This document shows, one piece after another, positions 1 through 9,835 of a stretch of 64,000 nucleotides of DNA. The translations under genes and the position numbers were made by a program. The DNA is from an uncultured Pseudomonadota bacterium. Lineage in GTDB: Bacteria; Pseudomonadota; Alphaproteobacteria; JACZXZ01. The DNA is taken from NCBI GenBank assembly GCA_963749075.1, contig CAVVLJ010000020.1:416001-480000 (forward strand), given 5' to 3'. Within the stretch, counting starts at the first letter, position 1, and each line of letters opens with the position of its first letter. The notes below the pieces were generated by a model. It was not told the origin of the DNA and ran no database searches. It saw only the letters and a program-made list of their open reading frames with translations.

Positions 1-668
1 CGGCACTCGGGGAGGCGGCGGATGGCGAGGACTGGCCGGCGAGCGAGGCGGTCTCAGCGCCATGGCCGCCTGGCCCGGCCCATGCGGCAGCCCGCCTCAT
101 GGCGCCGCTCGAAGCATTGGGCGGCTGGCCGGCCGCAGCTTTGCCCCTCCCCGAGCATCCGCTCCTTCGCCTCGACCGGGTGGAGGCCGCGGCGGCCCTG
201 GCGTCGGTCGGCCTCGCAGCGCCGCCCGAGGGCGGCATTCTCGCCCTTCATCCGGGCAGCGGCGGGGCCGCCAAATGCTGGCCCGCCCCGCATTTCGCGG
301 CACTCGCCGCGGCAGCCGCGAAGCGCTTCGGCGTGATGCCGGTCTTCCTCGTGGGACCGGCGGACGCGGAGGCTTGGCAGGCGGTCGAGCGCGCGCTGCC
401 GCGCGGGTTCCCGGCGCGTTCGCTCGTTGGGCGGCCGCTCCGCGAGGTGCTGGCGCTGCTCTCGCTCGCCCGCGCTTACGTCGGCAACGACTCCGGCATC
501 AGCCATCTCGCCGCGCGCGCTTGCCCGACGCTCGCCCTCTTCGGGCCGAGCGACCCGCGCGTGTGGCATCCGCTGGGCCTGCGCGTCCGCGTGCTCAAGG
601 CGCCCGGGGGCGATCTCGCGCGGCTTTCGGTCGAGGCGGCGCTCGCGGGGCTCGCCCGGCTCCTCTGA
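1..668 (+). CDS. Glycosyltransferase family 9 (heptosyltransferase-like), 5'-partial
   Basis: Frame is open from the window edge; motifs HPGSGGAAKCWP, YVGNDSGISHLAA and LALFGPSDP are typical of GT9. Confidence 0.85.
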   Translation, partial: ALGEAADGEDWPASEAVSAPWPPGPAHAAARLMAPLEALGGWPAAALPLPEHPLLRLDRVEAAAALASVGLAAPPEGGILALHPGSGGAAKCWPAPHFAALAAAAAKRFGVMPVFLVGPADAEAWQAVERALPRGFPARSLVGRPLREVLALLSLARAYVGNDSGISHLAARACPTLALFGPSDPRVWHPLGLRVRVLKAPGGDLARLSVEAALAGLARLL

Positions 669-671
669 GCC

Positions 672-1973
672 CTATCCCATGGTGCGCGGCAGCCAGGTGG
701 CGAGGAGCGGGAAGGCAATGAGGATCACCAGGCGGATGAGATCGGTCACGATGAAGGGCAGCACGCCCAGGAAGATCGTCGAGAAGCTCACGTCCGGCAC
801 CACGCTCTTGATGACGAAGACGTTCATGCCCACGGGCGGATGGATGAGGCCGAGCTCCACCGTCATGACGATGATGACGCCGAACCACACGGGATCGAAG
901 CCGAGTGCCGTGATGACGGGGAAGATGATCGGGATGGTGAGGATGATCATCGCCATGGCGTCCATCAGGCAGCCGAGTGCGAGATACATGAGCATGATGA
1001 GCGCCAGCACGCCGTAGCGGCCGAGCCCGAGCCCCGTCAAGAAGGCGGTGACGTTCTGGGGAGTCTGCGTGATGGTGAGGAAATAGCCGAAGAGGAGGGC
1101 GCCGATCAGGATGGTGAAGACCGCGGCCGCGGTGCGCGTGGCCTGGAGGAGCGAGCGCAGGATGTCGGCCGGCGAGAGCCGCCCGCGCGCGATGCCGATG
1201 AGGAAGGCGCCGCCGGCCCCCATGCCGCCGGCCTCGGTCGGCGTGAAGAGGCCGCCGTAGAGGCCGCCGATGACGAAGACGAAGAGGAGGAGCGGCGCCC
1301 AGATGTTGCGCAGCGCCAGCGCGCGCTCGCGCCAGGGGCTCCGCGGTCCGGCCGGCAGGAAGCCCGGCCGCAGCGCGCCGATGCCGAGGATGGTGACGAT
1401 GTACATGGTGACCGCGAGGAGGCCGGGAACGATGCCGGCGATGAAGAGCTTGCCGATGTCCTGCTCGGTGATGATGCCGTAGACGGCGAGCACGGTGGAC
1501 GGCGGGAAGATGGCGCCGAGCGTGCCGCCGGCCGCGATGACGCCGGTCGAGAAGGACTGCGGATAGCCGTAGCGCCGCATCTCGGGATAGGCCACGGTCG
1601 AGAAGGTGGCGGCGGTCGCCACCGACGAGCCGGAGATGGCGGCGAACGAGCCGCAGGCGGCGATGGTGGCGATGCCGAGGCCGCCGCGCAGGTGGCCTAC
1701 GAAGCTGTTGGCCGCCCTGAAGAGCTCGCGGCTCATGCCCGAGGTCGAGACGAACGACCCCATGAGGAGGAACATGGGGATGACGCCGAAGGTGTAGTCG
1801 GTGACCGTGCGCATCGAGGTCTGGCCGACCAGCTTGAGCGCCGGCTCGGCGCCGACGAGATAGCCGAAGCCGCCAACACCCACCAGCCCGAGCGCCATGC
1901 CGACCGGCACGCGCAGCAGCATGAGCGCGAAGAGCACGGCGAACCCCGCGACGGCGACCAAGTCCGTGCTCAT
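672..1973 (-). CDS. dctM: TRAP transporter large permease (DctM family)
   Basis: Very hydrophobic; AISGSSVATAA, GGTLGAIFPPS, FTPTEAG and GLIHPPVGMN motifs; start taken at MSTDLV. Confidence 0.93.
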   Translation of the reverse strand: MSTDLVAVAGFAVLFALMLLRVPVGMALGLVGVGGFGYLVGAEPALKLVGQTSMRTVTDYTFGVIPMFLLMGSFVSTSGMSRELFRAANSFVGHLRGGLGIATIAACGSFAAISGSSVATAATFSTVAYPEMRRYGYPQSFSTGVIAAGGTLGAIFPPSTVLAVYGIITEQDIGKLFIAGIVPGLLAVTMYIVTILGIGALRPGFLPAGPRSPWRERALALRNIWAPLLLFVFVIGGLYGGLFTPTEAGGMGAGGAFLIGIARGRLSPADILRSLLQATRTAAAVFTILIGALLFGYFLTITQTPQNVTAFLTGLGLGRYGVLALIMLMYLALGCLMDAMAMIILTIPIIFPVITALGFDPVWFGVIIVMTVELGLIHPPVGMNVFVIKSVVPDVSFSTIFLGVLPFIVTDLIRLVILIAFPLLATWLPRTMG

Positions 1974-1983
1974 CGCTTGAGGC

Positions 1984-2496
1984 TCACTCGACCGCCTTGG
2001 TCTGCTGGCGCGCATCCATCAGCTCGGGCCGGAAGATCAGGCGGTAGGTGCGCACGGCGATCAGCAGCACCGCCGAGACGTCGCCCACCCAGGCGACCGC
2101 GAAGAAGGGCCAGGTCGGCAGATTGAGATCGAAGGTGAGCACGTGGTCGGCGCGGGTGGTGCGCACCTTGTCGAAGAGGGTGTAGGTATGGACCGTCACC
2201 ACGAAGAGGAGCACGAGGGTCGCGAAGACGTCGATGGCGCGCTGGAGGCGCGGGCCGGCGTTCGCCCACACGAGGTCGACCGTGATGTGGGTGCCGCGGT
2301 AGCTCGTCGCCGCGATACCCCAGAAGATGAGGATGCCGAGGAGGAGGCGCCCGATGTCGTAGCTGTCGGGAATCGACAGGCTGAAGAAATAGCGCAGCAG
2401 CACCGAGACGAAGATGTCGGCCGCGACGATGCCGACGAAGGCCGCGGCGATGAGCTCGATCGAGTCGATGAAGCGGTCCATGTGGCGGCGCTTCAT
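1984..2496 (-). CDS. dctQ: TRAP transporter small permease (DctQ family)
   Basis: Four hydrophobic segments and an HITVDL motif; lies between dctP and dctM. Confidence 0.88.
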   Translation of the reverse strand: MKRRHMDRFIDSIELIAAAFVGIVAADIFVSVLLRYFFSLSIPDSYDIGRLLLGILIFWGIAATSYRGTHITVDLVWANAGPRLQRAIDVFATLVLLFVVTVHTYTLFDKVRTTRADHVLTFDLNLPTWPFFAVAWVGDVSAVLLIAVRTYRLIFRPELMDARQQTKAVE

Positions 2497-2568
2497 GGCA
2501 GCACTTCCCCGGCCGGCTCCCAGGGGCCGGCCGCCCGGCCGGTCAGGCGCCGGCGCCGGCATGCCGCA

Positions 2569-3591
2569 TCAATAGGCCGCCTTGTATTTGACGAGCTCGG
2601 CCTTGAGCTCGGCCATCGCGGCGTCGGGGTCGACGCCCACCTTGCGCACGTTGGCGGCCCACTTGGCCTCGAGCGGTGCGGCGGCCTGGCGCCAGAGGGC
2701 GAGCTCAGCGGCGGTGAGCGAATAGACCTCGTGGCCGGGCTCGCTCTTCAGCTTGGCGATGCCGGCGTGCTCGAAATCGGCCCAGGGTGCCGCGATCTTC
2801 TCGGCCCATGCGGTATTGCAATGGTGATCGATCACCGTCTGTTGCCGGGGCGACATGCCGCCGTACTTGGCCTTGTTCATGACGAGTACGAAGGTGGTGA
2901 CGTAGAGCGGCACGTCCATGTGGTACTTGGTCACCTTGTCGATGCCGAAGAGGATGATCGAGCCCCACGGGAAGGTCACCGCGTCGGCGACGCCCTTCTC
3001 GAGGATGTCGCGCACCTCGGGTGCCGCCGCCTGCACGTTGGTGCCGCCAAGCAAGGTCACGAATTCGGCCATGGTCGCCTGCGCCGGGCGCACCTTCATG
3101 CCCTTGATGTCCGCCGGCACCACGATCTTCTTGCGCGAGTGGAAGGTGCCCGGGTCGTGCACGAAGGCGAGACAGAACTTCACGTCCTTCATCTCGCTCG
3201 GGGCGTATTTGCGGTACCACTCGTCGAGCGCCTCCGTGCCGCCCTTGGCGTCGCTCATGAGGAACGGCAGCTCGCCGGCCGCGATGATGGGGAAGCGGCC
3301 GGGCTGATAGCCGGGGTTCACGTAGGTGAGGTCGGCGATGCCGTCGCGCGCCATGTCGTAATGGTCGAAGGCCTTGCCGAGCTGCTGGGAAGGAAAGATG
3401 GTGGACTTGATCGTCCCCTTCGACTCCTCCTCGACCGACTTGGCCCAGGCCTCGAGCGCCGGCTGCAAGGGATGGGACGGCGGCACCCAGTGGGAGATCT
3501 TGAGCTCGACGGTCTTCTCCTGCGCATGGGCAGGCGCCACGGCCGCGGCGGCAAGCGCTGCCGAGAGCGCTATGAGTATGGCTTTCATCAC
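2569..3591 (-). CDS. dctP: TRAP transporter substrate-binding protein (DctP family)
   Basis: Signal peptide; FPSQQLGK, DIKGMKVR and LEKGVAD motifs. Confidence 0.92.
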   Translation of the reverse strand: MMKAILIALSAALAAAAVAPAHAQEKTVELKISHWVPPSHPLQPALEAWAKSVEEESKGTIKSTIFPSQQLGKAFDHYDMARDGIADLTYVNPGYQPGRFPIIAAGELPFLMSDAKGGTEALDEWYRKYAPSEMKDVKFCLAFVHDPGTFHSRKKIVVPADIKGMKVRPAQATMAEFVTLLGGTNVQAAAPEVRDILEKGVADAVTFPWGSIILFGIDKVTKYHMDVPLYVTTFVLVMNKAKYGGMSPRQQTVIDHHCNTAWAEKIAAPWADFEHAGIAKLKSEPGHEVYSLTAAELALWRQAAAPLEAKWAANVRKVGVDPDAAMAELKAELVKYKAAY

Positions 3592-3712
3592 ACCTCCCTC
3601 ATGGGCGCTCTCGCGGCGCCCTCGATGTTCGCTCCCGGACTGTAAGGCGGCCGGGCCGCCCGCGACAACAGAGAAGTGCGGGTTTGCACGCGCCTCGGAC
3701 GCGCGTGAGCGC

Positions 3713-4465
3713 CTAAAGGATCTGCGAGAGGAACTCGCGCGTGCGCGCCTCGCGCGGGTTGGCGAAGAACTCCTTGGGCGGCCCGTGCTCGACGATGATG
3801 CCGTGGTCGGTGAAGTACATGTGATCGGCGACCTCGCGCGCGAAGCCCATCTCGTGGGTGACGAGGATGCAGGTCATGCCCTCCTCGGCGAGCTCGCGGA
3901 TGGCGACCAGGACCTCCTTGACCGTCTCCGGGTCGAGCGCTGCCGTCACCTCGTCGAAGAGCATGATCTCCGGCCGCATGGCGAGGCCGCGCGCGATGGC
4001 GACGCGCTGCTGCTGCCCGCCCGAGAGCTCGCCGGGATAGGAGCCCTCCTTGCCCTCGAGCCGCACCTTCTTGAGGAGCTTGCGCGCGCGCTCCTCGACC
4101 TCGCGCTTGTCCTCCTTGAGCACGTGCACCGGCGCCATCATCACGTTCTCGAGCGCCGTCTTGTGCGGGAAGAGGTTGTACTGCTGGAAGACCATGGCGA
4201 CCTCGCGGCGCAGCTGGAGCAGCTCCTTGTCCTTGCGCATCAGGTGCACCTGGTAGTCGGCCACGCGGATCTCGCCGCGGTCGACCATGACGAGGGCGTT
4301 GATGCAGCGCAGCAGCGTCGATTTGCCCGAGCCCGAGGGGCCGATGATGCACACCACCTCGCCCTTCTCTACGTCGAGCGAGACGCCCTTCAGCACCTCG
4401 ACCGTGCCGAACGACTTGTGCACCTCGTGGATGCTGACGATGGGCCGCCCGTCCGTTTGTGCCAT
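3713..4465 (-). CDS. Polar amino-acid ABC transporter ATP-binding protein
   Basis: Walker A GPSGSGKST, signature LSGGQQQRVAIAR, FDEVTAALDPE and VTHEMGFA. Confidence 0.95.
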   Translation of the reverse strand: MAQTDGRPIVSIHEVHKSFGTVEVLKGVSLDVEKGEVVCIIGPSGSGKSTLLRCINALVMVDRGEIRVADYQVHLMRKDKELLQLRREVAMVFQQYNLFPHKTALENVMMAPVHVLKEDKREVEERARKLLKKVRLEGKEGSYPGELSGGQQQRVAIARGLAMRPEIMLFDEVTAALDPETVKEVLVAIRELAEEGMTCILVTHEMGFAREVADHMYFTDHGIIVEHGPPKEFFANPREARTREFLSQIL

Positions 4466-4489
4466 GGCAATCGACCTCGGATGTTGCCC

Positions 4490-5382
4490 TCAGATATTGA
4501 CCGCGAAGCGGCGCTCGAGGCGCACCGTCCAGCGCGCGATCGGGTAGCAGTAGAGGAAGAACCAGACGAGGATGTAGCTGTAGAACGGCAGCAGGAGCTC
4601 GGGGCGGTTCTCGGCCGAGAGCGCGTCGCCGGTGAGCGTCATGACCTCGTTCACGCCGACGATCGAGGCGAGCACGGTCGACATGGTGAGGATCGAGTAG
4701 AGGTTCATCCACGGCGGCAGCATGCGTTTCACGCACTGCGGCAGGATGATGCGCCACATGGTCTGGCGCCGCGTGAAGGCGAGGGAGTTGGCGCTTTCCC
4801 ACTGCCCGGTCGGGATCGACTGCACGGCGCCGCGCACGATCTCCGAGACGTTGGCCATCACCGGCAGCGCCAGCCCGAAGGTCGCCTTGATCCAGTCGGG
4901 CAGCGGCACCGCCACGCCCAGGATGTGCACCTGGAAGGGCAGCAGGAACATGCAATAGAAGAGCAGCACCAGCCACGGCGCGTTGCGGAAGAAATGGGTG
5001 GTGAAGGTGGCCGCCTTGCGCACCGGCGGCAGGAGGAGATCTGCGCCAGGCCGAGCACGGTGCCGGCCGCGGTGCCGGTCGCCATGGCGAAGAAGCTGAT
5101 GGCGATGTTGAAGGCGAAGCCCTTGAGGAGAAGCGGCGTCCATCTGAGGAGTGCCGCAACGACCGAGGCCTTGGCGGGCGCCGACTGCGCCTCGGCGGCA
5201 CCCGCCGCCAGGAGGAAGACGGCGAGGAGGAGCGCTCCGTGGCCGAGGGTGAGCCTGAGCATCGGGAAGCCGAGCGCGCGCTCGGCCGCGGCTCTCGCCG
5301 CGAAGCGCTCCGCCGAGGGCAGCAGCACCGCAAGATCGCTCCCTTGCGGGAGTGCGGCAAAGCGGGGGAGGCGCCGCGCCAT
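4490..5382 (-). CDS. Polar amino-acid ABC permease, frameshifted near 5030
   Basis: The N-terminal half (MARRLP...GLAQIS) and C-terminal half (FFRNAPWLV...EIVRGAVQSIPTGQWESA) lie in different frames. Confidence 0.8.
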
Positions 5383-6143
5383 CAGATCGCTCCCGCCACG
5401 GCGACGCCGACGCCGGGCACGCGCAGCGCGTGCTCCCAGCGGTGCATCACCAGCGCCAGCACGCCGACGAGCGCCACGTAGCAGATGAGGAGCACGTTCA
5501 TCATCTCCGGCACGTTGGCCTCGTCCGACCAGATCTGGCTCGACACCCACAGCATCTCCGGCACCGAGATGGCGTAGGCGAGGGTGGTCGTCTTGATCAG
5601 GTTGACGAGGTTGTTGTTGAGCGCCGGCAGGCTGACGCGGAAGGCGAGCGGCAGGATGATGTAGATGTAGGCGCCGAGCCGGCTGTAGCCGAGGGACTCG
5701 GCCGCCTCGATCGTGGCGCGCGGCACCGCCTCGATGCCGGAGCGGAAGATCTCCACGTTGAAGGAGCCGGCGTAGAAGGAGAGCGAGAAGATGGCCCAGG
5801 CGACGTTGCTGACGATGGGGTGCTCGATGCCGTTCGCCCCCGGCAGGCGCAGGAGCGCTCCGATGCCGAAATAGAAGAAATAGAGCTGCACCAGCGGCGG
5901 CGTGTTGCGGAAGAGCTGGATGTACCAGAGGACGACCATGCGCAGCAGCCTGAGCTTCGAGCCCTGCAGCCAGGCGCCGACCACGCCGATCGCGAGGCTC
6001 AGGATGATGCAGACGATCGAGAGCTCGATCGTCATCAGCATCCCCTCGGCGAAGCGGTGGCGGTCGAAGGGGTCGTAGAAGATCGTCAGGTTGATGTTGG
6101 TATTCTGGTGCAGCCAGGCAAACCAGTTCCAGAAGGCCTGCAT
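5382..6143 (-). CDS. Polar amino-acid ABC permease
   Basis: FRNTPPLVQLYFFYFG and EIFRSGIEAVPRATIEAAESLG (EAA loop); start MQAFWNW. Confidence 0.92.
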   Translation of the reverse strand: MQAFWNWFAWLHQNTNINLTIFYDPFDRHRFAEGMLMTIELSIVCIILSLAIGVVGAWLQGSKLRLLRMVVLWYIQLFRNTPPLVQLYFFYFGIGALLRLPGANGIEHPIVSNVAWAIFSLSFYAGSFNVEIFRSGIEAVPRATIEAAESLGYSRLGAYIYIILPLAFRVSLPALNNNLVNLIKTTTLAYAISVPEMLWVSSQIWSDEANVPEMMNVLLICYVALVGVLALVMHRWEHALRVPGVGVAVAGAI

Positions 6144-6186
6144 GGATCGCCCCCCTGCGGGCAAAGCTTCTTTGCCGCGGAGCCGT

Positions 6187-6274
6187 CCCTCACCCTTCCC
6201 ATCCCTGCGGGATGGGCCCCTTCCCTCTCCCGCAAGCGGGAGAGGGTGGCGAGCGCGAGCGAGCCGGGTGAGGG
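6187..6274. repeat. Intergenic palindromic REP-like repeat (CCCTCACCCT...CCCTCTCCCGCAAGCGGGAGAGGG family)
   Basis: Nested hairpins; related copy at 31283-31408. Confidence 0.75.
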
Positions 6275-6285
6275 AGCGCTCTCCG

Positions 6286-7095
6286 TTACTTGTACTTCGC
6301 GTGCATGTCCTCGGCGAACTGCGAGTTCGGCACGCCCCACTTCTTCTCGAGCGTGAGGATGAAGCCGCTCTTGTGCCAGTCGATGATGGTGTCGTGCATG
6401 AACTTCGCGAAGGCGGTCTCGCCGAGCTTGGCGGCGAGGCCCCAAGGCTGCACCAGGATCGACTTGAGCGGCACCTCGTAATCCTTCCATTCGGGATCGA
6501 GGAGCTGGCCGTAGAGCGCCGTGTCGTCGTAGGCGACGCCCACGCAGTTGCCGTCCTTGAGTGCTGCATAGGCCTCGGTCGTGCCCTTGAAGGCGACCGG
6601 CTCGATGCCGTACTTCTCCTGCAGCTCCTTGTTGTAGAAGGAGCCCTGGATGAGGCACACGGGCTTGCCCTTGAGCTGGGTCCAGTCGGTGAGATGCGCC
6701 GACTTGGGCGTGAGGAGGTTGGTGCCCGAGGCGTAATAGTCCGGGTCGACGATGTCGACCACCTTGCGCCGCTCCGGCGTGTCGGTCATGGTGGCGATCA
6801 TCAGGTCGATCTTGCCCTGGTCGAGGAACTGCATGCGGTTCGAGGCCACGACCGGCACCAGCTCGAGCTTGACGCCGAGGCGCTTGGCCACGTCGGCGGC
6901 GAGATCGGGCTCGATGCCGACGATGTTGCCCGAGGGATCGCGGAAGCCGTAGGGCTTGTAGTCGGCCTTGGTGCCGACGATGAGGGTGCCGCGCTTCTTG
7001 ATGTCGTCGAGCGCGTCGGCCTTGGCGGCGGCGATGCCGAGCGTGAAGCTCGCAGCACATGCGAGGAAGAGGAGTTTCGTCGCTAGTCTGCTCAT
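6286..7095 (-). CDS. Amino-acid ABC transporter substrate-binding protein (SBP family 3)
   Basis: Signal peptide; LDDIKKRGTLIVGTKADYKPYG and LDQGKIDL motifs. Confidence 0.93.
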   Translation of the reverse strand: MSRLATKLLFLACAASFTLGIAAAKADALDDIKKRGTLIVGTKADYKPYGFRDPSGNIVGIEPDLAADVAKRLGVKLELVPVVASNRMQFLDQGKIDLMIATMTDTPERRKVVDIVDPDYYASGTNLLTPKSAHLTDWTQLKGKPVCLIQGSFYNKELQEKYGIEPVAFKGTTEAYAALKDGNCVGVAYDDTALYGQLLDPEWKDYEVPLKSILVQPWGLAAKLGETAFAKFMHDTIIDWHKSGFILTLEKKWGVPNSQFAEDMHAKYK

Positions 7096-7243
7096 CGGCT
7101 GTCTCCCATAGGTTCTTGTTCCGCCGCGGCGGACGAGCGGCCCGCCTCAGGCGGTCCCGGCCTCTAACCTAGCCCAAAGCGGCGGCGGACTCTAGGCGCC
7201 TTTCTGGCTTGGCGCCGCCGCGAAATTCCGGGCAAATCCCGCT

Positions 7244-7711
7244 TCAGCGAACATGAGCGTGATCGTGGTGATGGCTACCCGGCGTGCCGTGCGAATGCTT
7301 CTCCGAGGCGAGCTCCACCGGCACCATCACGAGCCGGCCGTGTTTCACGCCGCGCTCGGCGATCACGTGCTCGGCGAAGTGACGCACGGCGCCGACCTGC
7401 CCTTTCAGCACCGTGACCTCCATGCAGCTGTCGTGGTCGAGGTGCACGTGGAGGGTCGAGACGGACATGTCGTGGTGCTCGTGGAAGCTGTGCGTGAGGC
7501 GCTTCGGCAGCTCGCGCGTCGCGTGATCGTAGACATAGACCAGAGCCGCAACGCAGTGCCGCTCCGGCGTCGTCTCGGCTGACGCCTGCTGCAGCCCGGC
7601 GCGGGCGAGATCGCGGATCGCTTCCGAGCGGTTCTGATAGCCGCGTACGGCGATGAGCCGGTCGAGCTCCGCCATGAGCGCGTCGTCGATGGTGATGGTC
7701 ACGCGTTGCAT
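7244..7711 (-). CDS. nikR: Nickel-responsive transcriptional regulator NikR
   Basis: Ribbon-helix-helix N-terminus [21 protein letters not shown]; Ni site [13 protein letters not shown]; His-rich tail. Confidence 0.95.
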   Translation of the reverse strand: MQRVTITIDDALMAELDRLIAVRGYQNRSEAIRDLARAGLQQASAETTPERHCVAALVYVYDHATRELPKRLTHSFHEHHDMSVSTLHVHLDHDSCMEVTVLKGQVGAVRHFAEHVIAERGVKHGRLVMVPVELASEKHSHGTPGSHHHDHAHVR

Positions 7712-7762
7712 GACAAATCCTCCGGGGCATGATCAACCCTCTGGCCCTCTGCCGTGGCGGTG

Positions 7763-7790
7763 ATATGATGTTTTTCTAATAACATCATAC
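7763..7790. promoter_or_regulatory. NikR operator
   Basis: ATATGA-N16-TCATAC matches the E. coli NikR box GTATGA-N16-TCATAC with one mismatch; lies between nikR and the divergent ABC unit. Confidence 0.85.
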
Positions 7791-7811
7791 TCACTGATCT
7801 GCGAGGGCGCC

Positions 7812-8945
7812 ATGACGGACCAGCCAACAAGTGGATTTCTAGTCTCCGGCGGTTCCCGTGTCACGCGCCGGGCCATTCTGCGTGCAGCCGGGGCGGCGAT
7901 GGTGGCGGCACCCGCACTGTTGAGGGCCCGCCCGGCCGTGGCCGGCACGATGCTGAACATCACGGCCTACGACGGCTTCATCCCGCCCGCCTTCAAGCGG
8001 CAGTTCGAGGCCGAAACCGGGATCGAGGTCCGCGTGCGCCTTGCTTCCAGCCAGGCGCCTGAGCTGAACCTGCTCGTCGCCGAGCGCCCGCATCCCCTGA
8101 GCGATATCTGCACGGTCACGGGCAACCGCATCCATCAGTTCGTCGAGGGGCAGGTGATCGAGCCGCTGGATGCGACGCGCCTCAGGAACTGGAAGCGGAT
8201 CAACCCGCTCTACACGGAGTCCGACTGGATCGCGGTCGACGGCGCCGTCATGGCCGTGCCGCTCTTCGTCGGCGCCGACGTGCTGGTCTACAACGCCGGA
8301 AAGGCCGTGCCGGCGCCCGACAGCTGGGGCGCCATGTTCGACCGGCGGTATCGGCGGCGGACGGCCTATGTGATCGAGGATTTCCTGCAATGCACCATGC
8401 TCTATCAGGGCGCCGACGGCAGCTTTGCCGCCTATGTCGACAAGCCCGACGAGGCACGCCGCGCCGTGAACGCCGCGCGCGACTTCCTCATCAGGAACAA
8501 AAGCCAGGTTCTCAAGTTCTACGAGGACGGCAGCGTGCTGCAGCAGCTCCTGATCGGCGAAGACGTGGTCCTGGCCCAAGCCTATGCCGGCACCTTGGCC
8601 AAGCTGATCTTGGCCGGCCAGCCGATCCGTCTCGTTATCCCGCGCGAGGGCAGCCTGGCCTTCGTCTACAACTTCGCCGTGGTGAAGAATGCGGCAAATC
8701 GCGACAACGCTTACCGTTTTCTCGATGCTTTGCTCGCCTATCCGGACGTCGGCGCGGCACTGACGCGCTCGGCCGGCTACACCTCGACGTTCACCGGCGC
8801 GGAAGCGTCGCTCAGCGAGCTTGAGCGCCGGGCCTTCCTGTTGACGCCGGACCAGCTGAAGCGCTTGCGCTTCCTGAGCTACAAGGCTCAGGCGCTGAGC
8901 TCGAGCTTGATCGATCGCGCGGTCGAGGAGGTGCAGGCGGGATGA
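7812..8945 (+). CDS. ABC substrate-binding protein, PotD/PotF-like, with Tat signal
   Basis: TRRAILR twin-arginine signal; FEAETGIEV, PDSWGAMFD and IPREG motifs. Confidence 0.85.
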   Translation: MTDQPTSGFLVSGGSRVTRRAILRAAGAAMVAAPALLRARPAVAGTMLNITAYDGFIPPAFKRQFEAETGIEVRVRLASSQAPELNLLVAERPHPLSDICTVTGNRIHQFVEGQVIEPLDATRLRNWKRINPLYTESDWIAVDGAVMAVPLFVGADVLVYNAGKAVPAPDSWGAMFDRRYRRRTAYVIEDFLQCTMLYQGADGSFAAYVDKPDEARRAVNAARDFLIRNKSQVLKFYEDGSVLQQLLIGEDVVLAQAYAGTLAKLILAGQPIRLVIPREGSLAFVYNFAVVKNAANRDNAYRFLDALLAYPDVGAALTRSAGYTSTFTGAEASLSELERRAFLLTPDQLKRLRFLSYKAQALSSSLIDRAVEEVQAG

Positions 8946-9835
8946 TCGCGGGGGCCCCGCCGGCGGGCGGAGGACGCTCGATGAGGCCCGGCCGCCTTCT
9001 GCTGCTGCTCGGTCCTCTGCTGTGGATCGCCGGGCTGAACGTGGCACCGCTCATCGAGATGGCGCGGATCAGCCTGCTCGACAGCTATCCCGCACCGCCC
9101 GGCCACGTCGCGCGCTACAGCCTCGACAACTACCTCGCCTTCGTCGCGAGCCCGATCTACCGCGCGGCCTTCCTGCGCAGCATCGTCTTCGCCGGCGCCA
9201 CCACCGTCCTGGCGCTGCTCGTCGCCTATCCGCTGGCCTACGTGATTGCGCTCAGGGTCCCCCGGCGGCGGCGCCTGCGCCGTCTACTCCTGCTCATAGC
9301 ACCCTTCTGGACGAGCGAGATCGTGCGCATTTTCGCCGTCATGCTGCTGCTGGCCAATCGCGGGGCGGTCAATGGCGCCTTGCGCTGGGCGGGCGTCACC
9401 GACGACCCGCTGCCGCTGCTCTACAATCAATATTCGGTCGCCTTCGGCATGCTCTATGTCGTACTGCTGGCGATGCTGCTGCCGCTCTATGCGGTAATTG
9501 AGAGGCTGCGGCGGGACCTCCTCGATGCCGCCGCCGGCCTGGGCGCCAGGCCCTGGAGCCGCTTCATCCGCGTCACGCTGCCGCTCAGCCGCGACGGCAT
9601 CGCGTCGGGCTCGGCACTCGTGTTCCTCATCAGCCTGGGAAGCTTCGCGGTGCCGATGCTCCTCGGAGGCGCCGACACCACGCTCTTCTCCATGACCATC
9701 GGCAGCATGTTCGCCAGCAGCGCCGGCCGCTGGCCGCTCGGTGCGGCGTTCGGTCTCATCCTGCTGGTGGGCGGGCTCGGCATTGCCGGAGCCGTCATGC
9801 ATTTGATGGCACGGCCCAAAATGGCGCCGGCGTGA
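8942..9835 (+). CDS. ABC permease, PotB-like
   Basis: AYPLAY, PFWTSEIVRIFA and LLDAAAGLGA motifs; ATGA overlap with the upstream gene. Confidence 0.88.
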   Translation: MIAGAPPAGGGRSMRPGRLLLLLGPLLWIAGLNVAPLIEMARISLLDSYPAPPGHVARYSLDNYLAFVASPIYRAAFLRSIVFAGATTVLALLVAYPLAYVIALRVPRRRRLRRLLLLIAPFWTSEIVRIFAVMLLLANRGAVNGALRWAGVTDDPLPLLYNQYSVAFGMLYVVLLAMLLPLYAVIERLRRDLLDAAAGLGARPWSRFIRVTLPLSRDGIASGSALVFLISLGSFAVPMLLGGADTTLFSMTIGSMFASSAGRWPLGAAFGLILLVGGLGIAGAVMHLMARPKMAPA